The notes below the pieces were generated by a model. It saw only the letters and a list, made by a program, of their open reading frames with translations, was not told the DNA's origin and did not search any database. Below are positions 26,684 to 41,026 of a stretch of 64,000 nucleotides of DNA, piece after piece; the first letter of the stretch is position 1; each line of letters begins with the position of its first letter. The DNA is from Octopus vulgaris (lineage: Eukaryota). A program made the translations under genes and the position numbers. The DNA is taken from NCBI GenBank assembly GCA_951406725.2, contig OX597818.1, forward strand, positions 117,304,001-117,368,000, written 5' to 3'.

Positions 26684-27389
26684 AGTATCTATGTATGTAT
26701 GTGTGCGCGTGTTTGGGTTGGTATGGTGTCCGTGTGTGTGTGTGTGTGCATATGTATATATGTATGTATGCATGTATATATGTATTTGTGTGTGTGTGTT
26801 TGTGAAGCTACTTATTAGCATATAATCTTTCATTTAATCACCTGTGTGTACAAATTATGAATCAGATACTATAAATAGAAACGTATCCGCCCTCATAATC
26901 TTTTATCTCCTCCATCATTTCTTGTTTCTCTTTCAGCATCATACTTTTGTATTTCTTTTGTTATTCTTTTTTCATTTTTTTTTCTTTTTTGTTTTCTTTG
27001 TTTTTTTCTTACTAAGCGTCTAGTTTCGCTTTCTTGTTTTATCGAATCACGTCACGATCAACATCAACACTGTCCCCGCCACCTCCTCCACTACCAACAC
27101 AACTATCACCACCATCATTAGCATTATCCTTATCGTTGTCATCGTCATCGTCATCACCCTCCCTATCAGCATCATCTTTATCCTTCCCATCACCAATATC
27201 AGTAGTAGTATTTTTGTTATTTTGTTAATATTATTCCTTGTTAAATTGTATTATAGAAATCAAATGTTTCTCAGGTCGGATTAAGGAATTACTGAAGAGA
27301 TGAATTACTAAAGAATTTATTAATAATTTGCCTTGTGTCTCTCTGAAAATGAAAAATTAGATCAAAATCTGTCAGTTTCAGCAAATTTG

Positions 27390-27620
27390 TAGCAATAATG
27401 GAGACTAGATAAACAGATGAGATTGTCAACCGATTACTCTACGCGAAGATAAAAGGCATTGCTTGGGACATAGTGGAATGAGAATGGCCCTCAATCACAC
27501 CATCGATAAGAAGCACAAAATCAGCTATTTTCGATAAAGGAGGCGTACTGATGTCATGAAATCCGTTTGATGGTATTGGACTGCAAATGGGAATCTTGGC
27601 AACACGGCCACGCTTCGAAT
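27390..27620 (+). mobile_element. Highly decayed LINE reverse transcriptase remnant
   Basis: IVNRLLYA (LLYADD-like) followed by a GLQM-NL..T (GL.IN..KT-like) trace; frameshifted. Confidence 0.35.
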
Positions 27621-28319
27621 TTAAAGTAAACCATTGGTCGTATGCTACACCATTCGAGTAGATGCGCCTGGCCTTTCAGTAGCATCTCTCTGGGATGTTT
27701 GCAAATAAGGATGAACATGAGACGGTGAGTATTGAGGCTTACTCGCCGAGGTATTGCGCTTCTAGGCCGAGACACACCTGCTGTTACATTCTTACCTTCG
27801 TGGAAAGCTTAATTGCATTGGAAATAAAACCGAACTTTTTCGGGATGCATGCAATTCGATGAATCTTCTCGTGGGATTCTTTAATTATACGTGCATTACA
27901 TATGATTTGCAAGTTTATGTCGAACGGCTAGCATGCTTATGGGGCAGTTATTATTCGGTTATTATTCGGACAATCGTGAAGATTGCCTCACAATAAGGAA
28001 CAATTAGAATTCCTCTGACACTCGGCAATGGAGAAGGAAGTTGTATCATAAACGCGGCTAAAACTTATGCGGACTAGCGTTTTCATCGAAGCCCAAACGG
28101 ATACCAAGCTTTTGTATGAGGTGAAGAGATAGGTGAGGGTAAAGAGGCTGCCATACAGGAATATTGATGAAAGATAGTTCAGAGTGCCGAAAGTGACGCA
28201 GCCCAATAAGGCGACTTCTAACTATGTAGCGGTTGACTCAATACAAAAACGATGTGTTGCTATTTCCACAATTCCAAACATCGTAGATTTTTATGGCTAA
28301 TAAAATATCGTTGGCGCGT

Positions 28320-28507
28320 CGGAAAAAGTGATTCGAGGCGGTTTCTTCTGATTCTTTGCGTTCTAAGTTCGAATCACGCCGATGTTAACTCTGCGTTTCA
28401 TCACAACGAGATATATAAAATAAAATACCAGTAAAATTCTGGACATCGATGTAACCAACTACCAACTAACTCTAAACTACTACTAGCCGTGTGACAAAAT
28501 TGGAAAA

Positions 28508-28508
<1 letters not shown>
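28320..28508 (+). mobile_element. Diverged SINE family B ending in (ATT)n
   Basis: gttctaagttcgaatc...taccag...gtgtgacaaaattggaaaac. Confidence 0.6.
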
Positions 28509-28570
<62 letters not shown>

Positions 28571-28571
<1 letters not shown>

Positions 28572-29040
28572 GAAGACATCGCATAGAAACGAATACTGTG
28601 ATGTAGATTGAAGATATTCTATGTAACGAAAATTTGTACTTTCAGTCAAGTCACAACAGGACCTCAAACAGACGGGACTTTCCGCAGTATGCGTGTAGTT
28701 CCAAGTGAAGCCTATTTTTTTCAAGGCACAAAGATTGTAGGGTATTGGTTGGTATTGAACCAAATGCTCTATGACAACAGGAACGAACATTGTTTGATAC
28801 TCGCAGCTGCCACGTCTCGGCGATTTCAATTTTGAGGTCTCCACATCTGTTGACCTTTACTTTTTTTTCATAAAATGTTCATCTCCTAACACTGCCACGT
28901 CGATAATTAGGCAATCTTGCTTGTCCTTCCTAAAGGTTACTATATCCGACCTTTGGTGTTCTAACAGCCTGTCTATCTGGAAGTCAAATTGCCAGTAGAT
29001 CTTTCCCTTCCCGTTTTGGTCCGTTATACGTTGGTCCCAA
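28571..29040 (-). mobile_element. Degraded 3' fragment of a third Dong-like RLE LINE subfamily with (TAA)n tail
   Basis: Minus-strand translation with frameshifts: KIYWQFDFQIDRLLEHQRSDIVTFRKDKQDCLIIDVAVLGD...DLKIEIAETWQL...VPVVI...LGTTRILRKVPSV* (stop 28666-28664), then a short 3' UTR and (TAA)n at about 28509-28570. Confidence 0.82.
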
Positions 29041-29044
29041 GAAC

Positions 29045-29242
29045 CCGTTACCTCACGCCGTCAAAAAAATGCTTAGCGGCATTTCGACCGTTTTAACGTT
29101 GAGTTCAAATTCCGACGAGTTCGATATTGTCTTTCATCCTTTAGGAATTGATAACATACCCACCAGTTGAACACGGGAGTCGATAACTTCGACTGGCCCC
29201 ACTCACCCGTAATTGTTGGCCTTGTGCCATAATTGGAAAACA
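29045..29242 (+). mobile_element. Diverged SINE family B ending in (ATT)n
   Basis: aaatgcttagcggcatttcg...gagttcaaattcc...ggccttgtgcc. Confidence 0.7.
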
Positions 29243-29265
29243 TTATTATTATCATTATCATTATT

Positions 29266-29316
<51 letters not shown>

Positions 29317-30026
29317 TTATTACTATTATTATTATCATCATCATCAGCATCAGCATCATCATTATTATTATTGAGTTGTTGGTGCTATTAATATTGTTAC
29401 TCCCATCCTTTTCAATTATATCATTTGTTGTTTTTGATTGGTTTTGGTATTGTCTTTATTGTTTTACATTCCTTCTATTAACGTGTACTTGTGTTATAAT
29501 ATCATTGAAATTGGCGTCACCTTCAATGTTTTCATTGGCTTCGGACGGTATTAGTCTGCCATCGCTTTTTCTGTTATCTTTCCCATCGATCTATTTCGAT
29601 TGAAGATTAAGACTTCTTGTTGTTCTTCATGTTGACATTAATATTCTCGTGCGTGTGAGTTTGTGCGTAGACGCTTATATGTGCGAGACTATGAGTAGCT
29701 ATTACGGGTTTTGTATGGTAGTGTGTAGCGATGAATAGTTATGTGTGAGTATCAGTAAAATGAAGGATTTCCAGATAGCTATATCATATGTTCGGACAAT
29801 ATAAAATATATATATAACATATATATTGATAAAAGATATAAAAAAATGAACAGAAGTAATTGTGAACATAGAAAATGTACCAGATGAGAACAAATGATAA
29901 ACCAAAAGAAAACAAGATAAAACGAGAGACAAATTCTTGTATAGTCACTTATAAACATTTTAAAAACGAATGGAACCAACAGAAATGCCATTCATATATA
30001 TATGAAGGCTATTTCTTGTGGTTCCA

Positions 30027-30064
<38 letters not shown>

Positions 30065-30205
30065 AGAGCTCGTCGTATATATTTGTACATATACATATAT
30101 GTGGGTGTGTCTGTGTATCTGCGTTTGTCCTCCCAACATCACTTTACAACAGATGCTGGTGTCTTTACATATTTATGTATGTATGTATATATATGTACGT
30201 ATATT

Positions 30206-30262
<57 letters not shown>

Positions 30263-32103
30263 TGGATGTATTTATTACTAAATACAGTTGTTTTAGAACT
30301 ATAACTAAAGTAATGTTTTAAAACTTCTTCATGTGTTACCAAAGAAACTGGTATAAATGTATACGAATAAATTACTTTGCAAGTATTTACAAGTATTTCA
30401 TTTAGTATTATATAAGTTTGCTTCAAAAACATGCATTTGCGCTGTCAGACTGTTTGAGAAGGAGACTTCTGTTATAAGCCCCGACTCGCCAATGCCTTTA
30501 TAATATACTTGGTTGGCTGAAACTGTGGAAATCCGCTAGGTGTATACATTTACAGATATGTGTGTATGTGTCTGTGTTTGAGTGTGTTGTGTGTGTGTAT
30601 ATATGTGTGTGTGTGTGTTTGCGGTCACGCGCGTAATACAAAAGTTATAATTAATACGAAGACGAGATAAGAGAACTAACACAAATATTCCATTAGGCTA
30701 AGCCAAGATTGAAGGAAAAGCATTTCATGTTACGAGTATAAGTTCGTCAATTGAATGAATCGACCAGCAGAGAGAAAAAAAGTGGAGCGATGACAAAAAT
30801 GTGTCTCTATTAGACGGTCCCCGCATGCTGAAATGACTGGAAGTAGTAAGAGGTCACTTGAGGCTTTGGTGTTAAGGGAGACAACTACTAATATGACATA
30901 TGGAAATGTATATGTCAGCACACGTGTGTGTGCATGTAGCTAATGTACGAGGTCATATTCTTTGTTTCTACGTCTGTATATGTACATTTACGTTTATGTA
31001 TGAGCAAACGTGTGTGTCATTGTTTCTGCTTTTGTGTGTGTATGAGGATACTGACATATATGCGCATGTAGGTGCATACATGTGTGTGTGTGTATGAAGC
31101 CACTATGTGTTTGTACATGCGTGCTTCTGTGTGCCCTTGTGTGTTTGCCTATTAGTATATATATGTGTATGCATGTATGCGTAGATGTGTCCACTCGTTT
31201 TTGTCTCTTACCAATTGAAAACACGTATCAGTTTGCTTTCGAAATCACAGCCGGACGGTGCAGCAAAAAAAAAACCACAGCCGAATGGTACAAGAGAAAG
31301 TGCTCCAAAAAAATAAGAAAGTCCGTAACATAAAAGAAGTACTTTGATTTGTCTCATCCACTAAAACCAATTGACGCCGTGCTGTACCATCATCATATTC
31401 CAGTGAGTGAAACAAATAAAAGAAATTATTACCTTAAATGAATCGTAAGTACATGTTAAGAATCCTTCTCTCCTGCATGGAATTCAGCATTCCACATACA
31501 GGTGTATGTTAACTTAAAAGAGTTAAGTTAACATCAATATAATATATACAACAAGGTTTCAAAAACTAACCGTAGCTAAACGACTTTGAGGAAGAAAACA
31601 GTTAGAGTTTCCTGGTTTCTCTGGTGTATATATTCCTCCCTAGATGGGACCCAAGTCCATCACAGGATTATTAACTGTTTAATTATATCGCCAACTCCGG
31701 GAGAAATGCAGAATATGTATGCATCTTTGTTATCATTATTCCAACCATACATTTCAAAGAATTTCTTTTGAAATATGTTGATGAAATTCAAAATAAAATA
31801 CAATAATTTACAAAAGAGAGTAAAATCAAGTAGCCTGGATGCCATAGACACGGTGGTATATTGTGTTCTTGGGCAAAACTTCATTTCATGTTACGTCAGT
31901 TCACTATTATTGTAAATGAATAATTCTTCAATAGATTGCAGTCTTGTTCAGACGGAATGATTTGAACTTGATCAGTCACACGCAATGGAAGCCGACTAAC
32001 CATTCATACGATTACTATGACTCGAGATTGGAATGTCAAGGAGATCATGCTAGTTTACCTGCAGAAAAGATAAGCGTGTTTGCATTTTGGTACATACATA
32101 CAT

Positions 32104-32590
32104 ATGTTACACTATCCAGATTACAAGTTTAGATCTGTACCTGTAATTATTGGGGCCCTGGGATATGTAACACACAGCCTAAGGCCCAATCTTGAGAAAT
32201 TATGCTTCTCAAAATTAGAAAGGAGAAAGCTAATTCGAGGACTACAGATCCAATACATCAGGGGAACTGTAAAGATCTGTAAAACCTTCCACAAGTTTAT
32301 CATTTAAATATATATGAGCATGTCTAGATATGCAACTATATGCATGAGAAGCCATACATAAAGCATCCAAATCTGCACACATATATATATATATACATAC
32401 ATACATACATACATACATACATGCACACATACATACATGCACACATACATGCATACATACATACAAACAATCAAAAATATGCTGTTGCTAATGTTAAAAT
32501 TCCAATGAAAGTGCATTGGATCTAGGTTAGAAACCGGTTCTTTCTCTATTGGCAAGAAATCTTGAAATAAACTGAATAATGACATCATGC
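32104..32590 (+). mobile_element. 3' fragment of an RLE non-LTR retrotransposon flanked by (CATA)n
   Basis: Starts right after tacatacatacata. Encodes LHYPDYKFRSVPVIIGALGYVTHSLRPNLEKLCFSKLERRKLIRGLQIQYIRGTVKICKTFHKFII*; VPVIIGALG is the RLE C-terminal motif. A 3' UTR follows, then (CATA)n. Confidence 0.75.
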
Positions 32591-32631
32591 ATACATAAAT
32601 GCATACATGCATACATACATACATACATACA

Positions 32632-32665
<34 letters not shown>

Positions 32666-32685
32666 CATACATACATACATACATA

Positions 32686-32927
32686 GGTTTTGTTAGTAAA
32701 TGCTTAAAGGAGAATCTGGATAAACTGCGATTTTCAGAAACTAAAATTGAAGGCTGATTCGTACATTACAAGTGCAGTCTGTGAGTGCAACAGTAAAAAT
32801 ATTCAAGACTATTTTCAAGTTCCAAACGTGAAATTTTCTGCGTTAACTACATCTCAAAGATGGAGCCTTGTATCTGTGTTGGAAACCGACTTCCGCTTGG
32901 TTAGAAGATTTATAATAATTTAAAAAA
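32686..32927 (+). mobile_element. Second, diverged RLE 3' fragment starting immediately after (CATA)n
   Basis: GFVSKCLKENLDKLRFSETKIE / RLIRTLQVQSVSATVKIFKTIFKFQT* (one frameshift) aligns with the 32104 fragment. It shares a 3' UTR motif with that fragment. Confidence 0.7.
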
Positions 32928-33137
32928 GAGAAGCGTCATGCAGGTTTTCCCTTATCAACTTCTGAAAATACATTCTGAAATCACTCGTAGCAAATCTCAC
33001 TTGACCATTAGCTCTGGTGTTTGGTAAGAACAGAGGTTTCCTTAAATCATTACTCTGCATTTGGCTTGACTATCATTAACGTTCTTAAATTGTCATTCAA
33101 CTAGATATGGCTCACTATACCTTGTTGCTTTTGATTA

Positions 33138-33518
33138 TGGAAGCTCTCCGTCGGTTACGACGAAGAGGATTCCGGTTGATCCGATCAACGGAACAGTCTG
33201 CTCGTGAAATTAACGTGTAAGTGGCTGAGCACTCCACAAACACGTGTACCCTTAACGTAGTTCTCGGGGATATTCAGCGTGACACAGAGAGTGACAAGGC
33301 CGGCCCTTTGAAATACAGTTACAACAGAAACAGGAAGTAAGAGTGAGAGAAAGTTATGGTGAAAGAGTACACCAGGGATCACCACCCCCTGCCGGAGCCT
33401 CGTGGAGGTTTAGGTGTTTTCGCTCAATAAACACTCACAACACCCGGTCTGGAAATCGAAACCGCGATCCTACGACCGCGAGTCCGTTGCCCTAACCACT
33501 GGGCCATTGCGCCTCCAC
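33138..33518 (-). mobile_element. Full-length SINE family C with 11-bp TSD
   Basis: gcttttgatta at 33127-33137 and 33519-33529. tRNA-like head gtggaggcgcaatggcccagtggttagggc...ggtttcgatttcc. Confidence 0.9.
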
Positions 33519-34345
33519 GCTTTTGATTAACACCGTGTTTCAATGCTATGCCTGTCTTCTCAACGCAGGTTCAATGAAAACTAATCTTTTTTTCAACGCA
33601 TAAGGATATCGGATGTGAAATTTAATTTTCAGCTCGTTTTTATTTTCACTTTGAAATTAGTTCAATCAGTCCCAATGTTGAGCAGTCTGCTATTTCTTTC
33701 GAACTCTTTTCAAAGTGTTTAAATTATACACCATATCTCACTACTAAAAGACGGAAGAGTTCCATTGCGAACTTTGAAACTAACCGTTTTATTTTTAATT
33801 GTAACAAAATAATTGCGAATGTAACAAAGTTTGTGTGATGGTAAGCATTCAAGTTTTTTTTTTTTGATCGTTTGTTGATTTGAACAAAAATGAAAGAAAG
33901 AGATTAATACAGTTCGTTAATCAGCCATGTATTAATTTAACGAAGTCTTTTCATAAACTTTGCTTGGCATGCCTTGGAACGATTCTGTGATTTTCAAACA
34001 GAATTAAAACTCAGCTAAAGTAATTACGCACTGACACTTGAAGAAATAACTGTATTTGAGATCCGTAATTATTTCAACATATCACCAAAGAAACGTTACC
34101 ATTACAAGCAAAAACAACGGATGATGTTATATAGACTTAACTGTAAACAAATGCACTTACACAGGAACGAAAATACATGTGTGTATGCGTGAATTATTTA
34201 TGTGAGTAACTGTGTGTTCTTTTTTATATATATATATATCTATCTCACATTTGCACATCCTTCACTGTTCCTCTTCCCTTCTCTCTTACTGTCCCTCTGC
34301 CTCACCCCTTCTCTTTCTCTCTCTCTCTATATATATATATGTCTG

Positions 34346-34377
<32 letters not shown>

Positions 34378-34414
34378 TATTATATATATACACACACATC
34401 CATATATATATATA

Positions 34415-34470
<56 letters not shown>

Positions 34471-35412
34471 CATACAGATATAGATGGATAAATATAGACA
34501 TGGAAAATACATATATATATTTACAGACATATGGACAGATGCATGCACACATACACACAAGCACGCAAACGCATAGACAATTAGTTGGATACGGACACAT
34601 ATATAGAAACCAGTATTTATATATTGATAGGGTATCTACAATCTCTACTGTCTACCGTTTTACTCTCCTTGACCCTCATTGCTAATTGTGAATCTGTTAT
34701 ATTTGGCATGAGTTTGTTGGTTATGACAGCTGTCTGACGATTGCACGGCGTTTGCAGATCAATTGCAGAGCGATTTATCAACACGCCATTTTGCTCCAAT
34801 CTTCTCTATCATTCTTTTTCCCTTCCTTCCTTTCGTTCTTTCTTTCTTTGCTACTTCATAATTTTTATTTTGTTCTGAATTTATACGTTTGTAATTTGTA
34901 GATTTATATATTTATTTTTCGCTTACGTTTGTGTATTTCGATTAAGTTCAGTTCTGGCAAAATATAGCAGCTATTTTATCCTCATAAGTAGAATCGGATA
35001 CACGTATGAAAAATACATCATCAATGACTTCACTGTTTTAAATATAAACAAATTATTTTTGCTTGAATAATCTTAGAAAAAAATTCATGATGTAATTATT
35101 AACAGGTGTTGATATCTGGTATCTTTCTAACGCATCAACTGTGTGATGTGATTTAGTTGCCTGCTGGGAAGCGCGAATCTCGCTAGCGTTTAGACAGCAT
35201 GCATGATACACAGTAATTCTTAATTCTGTTCACCAATAACCATTTATACACTGTGTAATCTTCAGACTTATACGTTCAGAGTTCAAACGCCGCCGATGTA
35301 TATTTCGCCTTTCATTCAAACGGGGTCGATAAGATTAACAGTGAACAACTGTGTCGATGAATGCGAATAAACATTCGTCTTTTTACTCAAATTAGAAGCT
35401 ATCACAACAACA

Positions 35413-35445
<33 letters not shown>

Positions 35446-35704
35446 GCTGCTGCTGCTACTACTATTACTACTACTACTACTAACAGTAGTTGTACTTGTA
35501 GTAACAACAACAGTATTGTTATTATTAGTGTAGTAGCGTTGTTCTTTGCACTATTATTATCATCATTATTATTATCATTATTATCAATATTATTATCATT
35601 ATTATTATTATTATTATTATCATTATTATTATTATTATCAATATTAATATTCATCATCTTCTTCTTCTTCTTCTTCTTCTTCTTCTTCACATTATTATTA
35701 TTAT

Positions 35705-36145
35705 TTAATTTAGTCTGCAGGTTTGTTAGAATCACTCGCCGAGACACACCCAGCGTCCTGGGGCGAGTGAAGGATAAGAGATGATATAGTATAGCTGAAA
35801 GCCTGGAGATCGGGAATTTCAGCAGCAGCAGTAGCAAAATATTTTCATGTAATACAACACAAACATTTAAATTGATAGTTTTTCAAACTATTTGGGCTCT
35901 ACTTGTCTGTACAATCTTTTGTATTTCTCTGAAACATGGTTCTCCTGGGATGTTATATAGATGTTTCTGAAATCCCATTTTTAATCATACTTAGGAGGCC
36001 TACAATAACAGGAACAGCTCTCGCTTTAAGATGCCACAACTTTTGTATCTCAATGTCCAGGTCCTTATATTTACTTAATTTCTCAACTTACTTTACAGAT
36101 GTAATTATACAAGTGGGAACATTTACATCTATTAGTGAACACGTA
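35705..36145 (-). mobile_element. Degraded 3' fragment of a second Dong-like RLE LINE subfamily, flanked by (TAA)n
   Basis: Minus-strand translation CSLIDVNVPTCIITSVK*VEKLSKYKDLDIEIQKLWHLKARAVPVIVGLLSMIK...IPGEPCFREIQKIV aligns by eye with the C-terminus of the 36627-37688 ORF. It has a 3' UTR hairpin and a TAA tail, with TAA repeats at both ends. Confidence 0.85.
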
Positions 36146-36213
36146 ATATTATTATTATTATTAATATTATTATTATTATTATTATTATTATTGCTGTTGT
36201 TGTTATTATTATT

Positions 36214-36424
36214 CGAGCTGGCAGAATCGTTAGCACGTCGGACAAAGTGCTTAGCGTCATTTTGTCTGTTCTTACGCTGTGTGTTCAAAATCTTGTGTGG
36301 TCGACTTTGCTATTCATCATTTCGGGGTTGAGAAAGAGATTACCAGTTACGGACTGGGGTGAGTGTAATCGACTAGTCCACTTGCCCCAAAATTTCAGAC
36401 CTTGTGCTTTTTGTAGAAAGGATA
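36214..36424 (+). mobile_element. SINE family B ending in (AAT)n
   Basis: cgagctggcagaatcgttagcac...ccccaaaatttcagaccttgtgc...agaaaggat(aat)n. Confidence 0.8.
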
Positions 36425-36444
36425 ATAATAATAAAATTGATAAA

Positions 36445-36513
<69 letters not shown>

Positions 36514-36517
36514 GTTG

Positions 36518-37994
<1,477 letters not shown>

Positions 37995-38008
37995 AAGAAG
38001 AAGAAGAA

Positions 38009-38531
38009 ATTCCCTGGTGCAGTACTGATTGGAAGTGTTACCATATACGTTGTTTTGTCTTGGTATAAAAGATGGGCTACAGCAAATATTCTGCTCAATA
38101 CCACAGATTATCTTGTCAGTTGTTTGACCTTAACCAGTTGACCATGTTCCTTGGTGATTGATGATATGTTTACCTCAGATCACGACCAGAATTAATGGGG
38201 GAGCATCATAGCGATGTATTGTGAGGAATTCTTTGGGGTTTGGATAATCCACCTATGGAAACATGGGTGTTTCATCAAACATCCTTAAACAGTCCTTATT
38301 CAGGGACCTTTTGAGCGGGATGGGCTACTCGACCTGAAGAAAATTCTAACTGAGCTCCACCTGCAAGGTCATGCGCTGTTTATCTTGATATGAAATCACC
38401 ATATGAGGCAAGTATGTTTATGATGCAAGTGCCTGGTGTAGCCTTGTCAGACGTGTAGTCATGATGGGTATACTGGGCTTCGCATATTTTACCCTAGTAT
38501 CACTTTGATGGCGTGCACTGCTCTCTCACTC
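38009..38531 (+). mobile_element. Non-coding ~520-bp insert between (AAG)n/(AAT)n runs ending in an (AAT)n tail; probable retroposon 3' region
   Basis: Complex, more GC-balanced block with sharp boundaries in trinucleotide repeats, ending ...ctctctcactc(aat)n. No recognisable ORF. Confidence 0.5.
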
Positions 38532-38578
<47 letters not shown>

Positions 38579-38608
38579 CGATGATGATCAATATTATTAT
38601 TATTATTA

Positions 38609-38698
<90 letters not shown>

Positions 38699-39354
38699 AT
38701 AATCATATTGTTCGTTTGCTGTTTGTATACTGATAATATCTTGAACATGCGGAACTTTAGCTTTGCCATAAAAATACAATATAGCCAGTTGTTATATTGA
38801 TCATGGTTGCGTGTGTATATTTGTATGTGTGTGTGTATTTCTGTGTGTATGTGCGTGTGTATGTGCCTTCTTGTGTGTGTGCATAAGTATGTGCCTGTCT
38901 GTGAATGTGTGTCTGTGTGCACGCACACACACGTTTTAAGGATGAGTGGTGTGATATTTCAGAGCAACAGACACTCCACATGTCTTACAACCTTGTCGTC
39001 TTAAATTTCACACATGCTTATTTTCAAATGGATGTTAAAGAAACATTTTGATGAAACATACAGAAGTAGATATGCAGTTCTAAAGATGTGTTAATAAATT
39101 CACAATGATTCAGTAACGTAGTATTCAATGAAATCCGCAGCAAGACCTTCTCGCATTAGACTGCAGTTTTCGTTTTCATGAAAGATAATGCGTCACTCTT
39201 TTAGTCTTTTATTATATACTGTTAAACTATGATGATTCCGATATTTTAGTTTCTTGTTTCATAAAAGTTTTATGCGCATTGGCATTTCGGATAAGCTAAG
39301 CAGAAAGGTGAGGCTATGTGGTAAGAATGTTCGTTCCTAATTACATCGTTTCTG

Positions 39355-39760
39355 GAACGTCTAGCTCCCCATTTTAGAATTAAAAGCTATGCCAACCACC
39401 GATCTGGACGGCACTGCATAATACCAAAGATACCGTCTTCGTCATTTCAAACAAGGACCCAGTATTGCAACAGATTCGGTTTCTGAGGTCGTCGACTGTT
39501 TAACACCCTGGTAAGGAACCTAAGAGATCTACAAAGTGTAGATGTGGAAGCGTTCAAAATACACATGGACAAATTTCTGTCTGAAATCCCAGATGGCCCC
39601 AGATCGTAACAGGAGGCACGAAAGAAAAATGGAGCAGTTTTGTCTAACATGCTTCTTCACCAAAACAGTACCGAAAAGAGAACTCAAAACACTGAAATGT
39701 GGTGCTCCAGTATGGTCTTAATCTCTGGTTGACGCCAGTAAAAAATAAAAGAATAAAAGT
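39355..39760 (+). mobile_element. CR1-clade LINE 3' remnant with 3' tail
   Basis: ERLAPHFRIKSYANHRSGRHCIIPK...RLFNTLVRNLRDLQSVDVEAFKIHMDKFLSEIPDGP is typical of the CR1-type ORF2 C-terminus. It ends in ggtgctccagtatgg...agtaaaaaataaaagaataaaag. Confidence 0.8.
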
Positions 39761-39911
39761 ACTCTGATCGATCTGTCCAATTTAACCCTTTAAGTCTGTG
39801 CCCCAGCATGACAGCAGCCCAGTGACTGAGAGAAGTTAAAGTTAAAACATAGAACAGATCAATGTCAATATATATTAAGTCGAAGATATTGAGTAGTAAT
39901 GTAGGATACTG

Positions 39912-40343
39912 TTTCGTAGCTCTATTTCGTAGCTCTTATCGTAGATCTAATCGTAGTTCTATTCGTAGATGTATTCGAAGCTCTATTCGTAGATGTATTC
40001 GAAGCTCTATTCGAAGCTCTATTTCATAGCTCTAATCGTAGCTCTATTCGTAGCTCTATTTCGTAACTCTATTTGTAACTCTGTTCGAAGCTCTATTTGT
40101 AGCTCTATTTCATAGATCTATTTCGTAGCTCTATTCGTAGCTCTAATCGTAGCTCTAAACGTAGCTCTATTTCGTAGCTCTATTCGTAGCTCTATTCGTA
40201 GTTCTAATCGTAGCTCTATACGTAGGTCTATTTCGTAGCTCAATTCGTAGCTCTATTTCGTAGCGCTAATCGTAGCTCTAATCGTAGCGCTATTCATAGC
40301 ACTATCTGTAGCTCTATTCGTAGTTATATACGTAGCTCTGTTC
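39912..40343. repeat. Minisatellite, 12-13-bp unit cgtagctctatt(t), roughly 35 copies
   Basis: Contiguous degenerate tandem units with no unique spacers. Confidence 0.95.
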
Positions 40344-40740
40344 TAAGTACAAGCTGTATGCCTCGTTAGAAAGGCATAGCATACACTGGATGACTCGTTT
40401 AGTCCTGTATTATTCATTTTACAATCGACGGTGGTCATCGCAGTCATATTATACACAGCGTCTTACTAGGTTTACGTTAGCTAATGTCTTTCTCGGTCAA
40501 AGGTTATATCGTAGTCTGTGAAGGAGATTGGGTTGATAAATCTGGTTTGAAGTGGATCTAAACACGAACAGGCCGCAACTACAACAGCAGTAAATGAAAT
40601 ATTGAAAAACAGATAAAAGCTTACAAAAAAAACGTAAAATAAACCGTTTTCAACAGGCTGGAGTAGCTGCAATAGCATCGACAATAACGGGACAGAAATA
40701 AGAACAAGACGACGACAAGGCAACAACAACAACAGCATCG

Positions 40741-40792
<52 letters not shown>

Positions 40793-40856
40793 GTACTACT
40801 ACTATGAGACAATGCAAATAAAAATTGCAGCAAGAGCAGGAGCGGCAACGAGAGCA

Positions 40857-40918
<62 letters not shown>

Positions 40919-40961
40919 TACGTCGAGGACAACAAAATAGAAAATAACAACAACAACAGCA

Positions 40962-41026
<65 letters not shown>

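Noticed and set aside
27797-27930. Minus-strand HRIAC peptide before a GTAAGA donor, suggestive of a Kazal-domain end
   Set aside because: The other Kazal cysteines and the CGSDG motif are absent and there is no good acceptor. The region looks like decayed LINE sequence.
33445-33518. tRNA-like sequences (also about 9750-9826, 4288-4580, 61270-61348)
   Set aside because: They are SINE heads that run into shared repeat bodies and have TSDs, with no complete cloverleaf acceptor stem.
39912-40343. Regular short repeats that could be mistaken for a CRISPR array
   Set aside because: Units are contiguous with no unique spacers, there are no cas genes, and the context is eukaryotic.
40467-40557. 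Possible minus-strand middle exon (DPLQTRFINPISFTDYDITFDRERH) with AG and GTAAGA signals
   Set aside because: All three frames hit a stop before the donor and the acceptor tract is weak. It would need RNA evidence.
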